From assembly GCA_048013815.1 (NCBI GenBank), contig CM106585.1, positions 6,386,001 through 6,450,000 on the forward strand: a DNA stretch of 64,000 nt, in the 5' to 3' direction. The number at the start of each line of letters is the position of its first letter. The stretch's first letter is position 1. Positions 60,711-64,000 of this stretch are shown here, one piece after another. A program made the position numbers and the translations under genes. The stretch is from Setoptus koraiensis. Lineage: Eukaryota > Animalia > Arthropoda. The notes under the pieces were generated by a model that was not told where the DNA came from, searched no databases, and saw nothing but the letters and a program-made list of their open reading frames with translations.

Positions 60711-63233
60711 GATGAGCTATCACAACATGGATGCTAAATGTCGATGAAATTTGATACACAAGCTTAATTAACTTGAACAATGTCTCATTTTAATCATCAT
60801 CATCATATTTGCAATGTTGTTTTGCAGACAATATGTACTATTATATAAATGGCGTTACAAACATATTAATGTCTTTTGCATATGTGCAATACTAAATCAA
60901 GGGAAAATATGTTTATATATATATATAAACATAACTATATATAGTGAAAACGCAATGACTGATTGATACAAACAAACATTAATAAATATATACACATGCA
61001 CTCATGTATATAAATGTTAATTTATGCTTAATTCATGGCATGTCTACAAATACCTCCTAGTTACTTTAGTCTTGTGAAAGCCTTTCATTACAACTTGAAG
61101 CTCAGGTCTTTTGTTGGTCGGGTATATTGATAGCTAGTTATGATATCATGTAAGGAGTAATCAAAATTAGTTGAAATAGCTCCCATACTAATGTTATTAT
61201 TTCGCTATGCAAACATCTGAATTTCATTCAGATGAAAAACAAACTTTGCTCATTATGGACATGTTACGTGTTCAATTTCTACCTTATTTATAAATCACAT
61301 GAGCTACATGAGCACATTTTGGAGAACAGAATCCATAGATAGCTAGACTCGGGCCATATCATTATGGTTCCAACAGATGCTGTTGTCCTAGTTTGATTTC
61401 ATTTGTTGTAATTATAAAGGAAGACAATGGTCTGATAATATTTTTATGATGCGACACTGCTCTTATTGAGCGGAGAGACTCGGTGCCAGGCGTTTGTCTG
61501 AAGTATAATTTAGTATACAGTTTTTATTATGATGGGTCAGTGAACTCGCCATAGGAAACTGGAGATCTGGAATAGGCAGTACAATATTTTTTTGGACACT
61601 CTTTTCGCTCTGTTCCTTTTGATATAAACTAACTTATAGTAGCCAGTTATTTAGGCTAACAGGATTGTTGACATGGTGATTAGTATCAGTGCAATTGCTG
61701 AGGTGTCTAGTTGATTGATGGCACTCTGTATGATACATATTCCATAGAGTTTAGGCCTTTGTAAGTTAGTCATACTATGAGCGATTTGATTGGTTTGCGC
61801 CATATTTATGCGTACTTGTTGCTTTTTTATTCAGTCCTATCAATAATTTGACAAATATTTACCTATTCGCATTCGCTTGTTTGTTTGCTGATACCAAGTC
61901 TGATTTCTTCTGTTATTCGCATTCCAGTATAACATGATCATCACTATCGTTCATCTGATTCACTCTGTCGATTGTTGAGTGCATCTCTTCATTATGATCT
62001 CATTTTAACTAACATTGTGATAGGCACCATAAACTTTTAACATGCAATTTAAGGACCCTCTTCTCACAAGAGAGGCACAGATATATTTCGCACAAAATCA
62101 GGATGTTCGGATTCATGTATGTAAAACTCGTACTCCAGTCTGGAAGAGTTCTATAGAGTGGAATTCCGCGTAGCACTCAATCGATAGATAAAAAAACAAG
62201 ATTCTTCGAGATGTTCTTGAATTATCCACCACATAGTGGTCACTATTCATATCCGGAATGGAAAATGCACTCTGTAGCTCTGCGATCATGAGCGATCCAC
62301 TTGAAATATATCGACTGTAGAATGACGGCTCCGACAAATTGTCAGATATCTTATCAGACAGTAGTCATGCAGTCTTCTCTCTACTGCCTACAATCGAAGT
62401 AATCTGCGATATCTTACGTCAGTGATAACGAGGATATCTGTACTTCCAATTGTTTCCTTACAAGTTGGTCTGGTTTTTCACCCCTTCTGGTTGATTCCCA
62501 ACGGCCAAAGGTTTAAACTTTGCACTTTTATAGTTTAGCGCAATGATTGTTGCTCGTGGACTGTTCACAGATCGAGAGATGCTAATCTATAGTGGTACTC
62601 AAACGACACTGACCACAATTGAAAAGATCATCGTTCAATGAGAATTCTATTTCATCAGTCTAAAAATCTGAAGCATAATCTATGTTCAACTCTCGGTCAA
62701 GCTTGACATTCTGAAAGGCTGACAGAAAGACTCGTTGCAATCACTGTTTTAGTTGTCAGGCGGGAGACTTCTCCCGCCTTTCAGCTCCCTCTGGATTTCC
62801 TGAGCTCCTCCGATCACTGCACTTTTTCGTTTCAAAGTTGGCGCGAACTCAATTTGACTCATTGCGCACGCGTATAGAATCGACCGGTGAGGAGGCGTGG
62901 CAGTGTAGAGCATTCAAAAAGACTTCCGTCTTCCAAGCACAGCAAGCATGAGGTTTGCATAGAGTAACCACGTTGAGTGTTGGTCGTCTCATTTCTTTCG
63001 CCATCATTATATCACGACAATTTATCCAATTATTTAATGTTTCCTGGACATATTCGCATATATATATATATATTTGACCTCTCCATTTGAGATTCTCTGA
63101 TAGACCGATGAATATTAGCCTGCCTGGTGAAACTAGGAGATCAATAGAACACACCAAGACAACTAAGTAAAGAAGCGACAAATATCTATTGTGGTAATCG
63201 ACGTAAAAATTCACCACCTACACCAATCACAAT

Positions 63234-63824
63234 ATGCCTCGTGTTCCAACAGTACACAGTAAGACCTATGTTACCCCTAGACGTCCTTATGAAAAAGAAC
63301 GTCTCGATCAGGAATTGAAACTAATTGGTCAGTTCGGACTTCGTAACAAGAGAGAAGTATGGAGAGTCAAATACACTCTGGCAAAGATCCGTAAGGCTGC
63401 TCGTGAACTTCTTACATTGGAAGAGAAGGATACCAGACGTTTGTTTCAAGGTAACGCATTGTTGCGTCGTCTTGTCCGAATTGGTGTGTTAGACGAGAGC
63501 AGGATGAAATTGGATTACGTCCTTGGTCTGCGAATTGAGGACTTTCTAGAGCGCCGTCTACAAACTCAAGTGTTCAAACATGGTCTAGCTAAGAGTATAC
63601 ATCATGCCCGTGTTCTTATCAGGCAGAGACACATTCGCGTTAGGAAACAAGTTGTTAACGTACCATCGTTTGTTGTTCGATTAGATTCTGAGAAGCACAT
63701 AGACTTCTCATTGAACTCACCATTCGGTGGTGGTCGCCAGGGACGTGTAAAGAGGAAGAATTTACGTAAGGCGGCAAGTGGCGAGGGTGCCGGTGGGGAT
63801 AATGCTGATGATGAAGAAGAGTAA
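63234..63824 (+). CDS. RpS9: 40S ribosomal protein S9 (uS4), 196 aa, intronless CDS
   Basis: [44 protein letters not shown] and [18 protein letters not shown]. Confidence 0.98.
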   Translation: MPRVPTVHSKTYVTPRRPYEKERLDQELKLIGQFGLRNKREVWRVKYTLAKIRKAARELLTLEEKDTRRLFQGNALLRRLVRIGVLDESRMKLDYVLGLRIEDFLERRLQTQVFKHGLAKSIHHARVLIRQRHIRVRKQVVNVPSFVVRLDSEKHIDFSLNSPFGGGRQGRVKRKNLRKAASGEGAGGDNADDEEE

Positions 63825-64000
63825 ACTAATGAAAGTGAAAATCATTTGATATGAATATACAATAATTAAAGCTGTAATAGACACTGGCAATGACTAGTTT
63901 GACCGTACGATTTATCATCGCGAACATCACATCCCCATGAGAAAATATGTGCACTATTTTGCTTATCTTTCCATGGTGTGTTGTCCGTCTGTAAATTGTA

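Noticed and set aside
62113-62337. 74-aa minus-strand ORF between E75 and RpS9
   Set aside because: It has a non-ATG start, no recognisable domain and no convincing splice partners.
62895-62935. TGGCAGTGT and TGGAAGAC as miR-34 and miR-7
   Set aside because: Only the seed matches; the rest of the mature sequence and a precursor hairpin are absent.

Overview
Eukaryotic (arthropod) genomic DNA; the compact, intron-poor genes suggest an acariform mite, possibly eriophyoid-like (inference only). It has three zones. (1) 0.5-11.8 kb is an AT-rich, tightly packed block: MDP1, a Pro-rich orphan, a secreted Ala/Ser/Gly/Tyr repeat protein, a short DDX20/Gemin3, a class I PITP, CDV3 and RPA3. (2) About 12-59 kb is a GC- and microsatellite-rich domain. 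It holds the nuclear receptor E75 (4 coding exons, 46188-60710, about 1626 aa) and about 33 kb of upstream DNA in which the only recognisable gene is an antisense inositol-3-phosphate synthase (INO1/ISYNA1). (3) After about 59.3 kb the DNA is AT-rich again and ends with an intronless RpS9. The strongest leads are in E75. The canonical haem-thiolate Cys of the ACPLNP motif is replaced by Phe. The ligand-binding domain carries two large insertions. Nine exact FTZ-F1/NR5A sites lie within 4.2 kb of intron 3, and a GGTCA half-site array lies upstream. Both longer introns 5' of conserved coding exons (1 and 3) have ~150-nt AG-free 3' ends. No CRISPR array, rRNA, tRNA or intact transposon gene was recognised. 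Most ORFs in the track between 12 and 57 kb look like artefacts of simple repeats.
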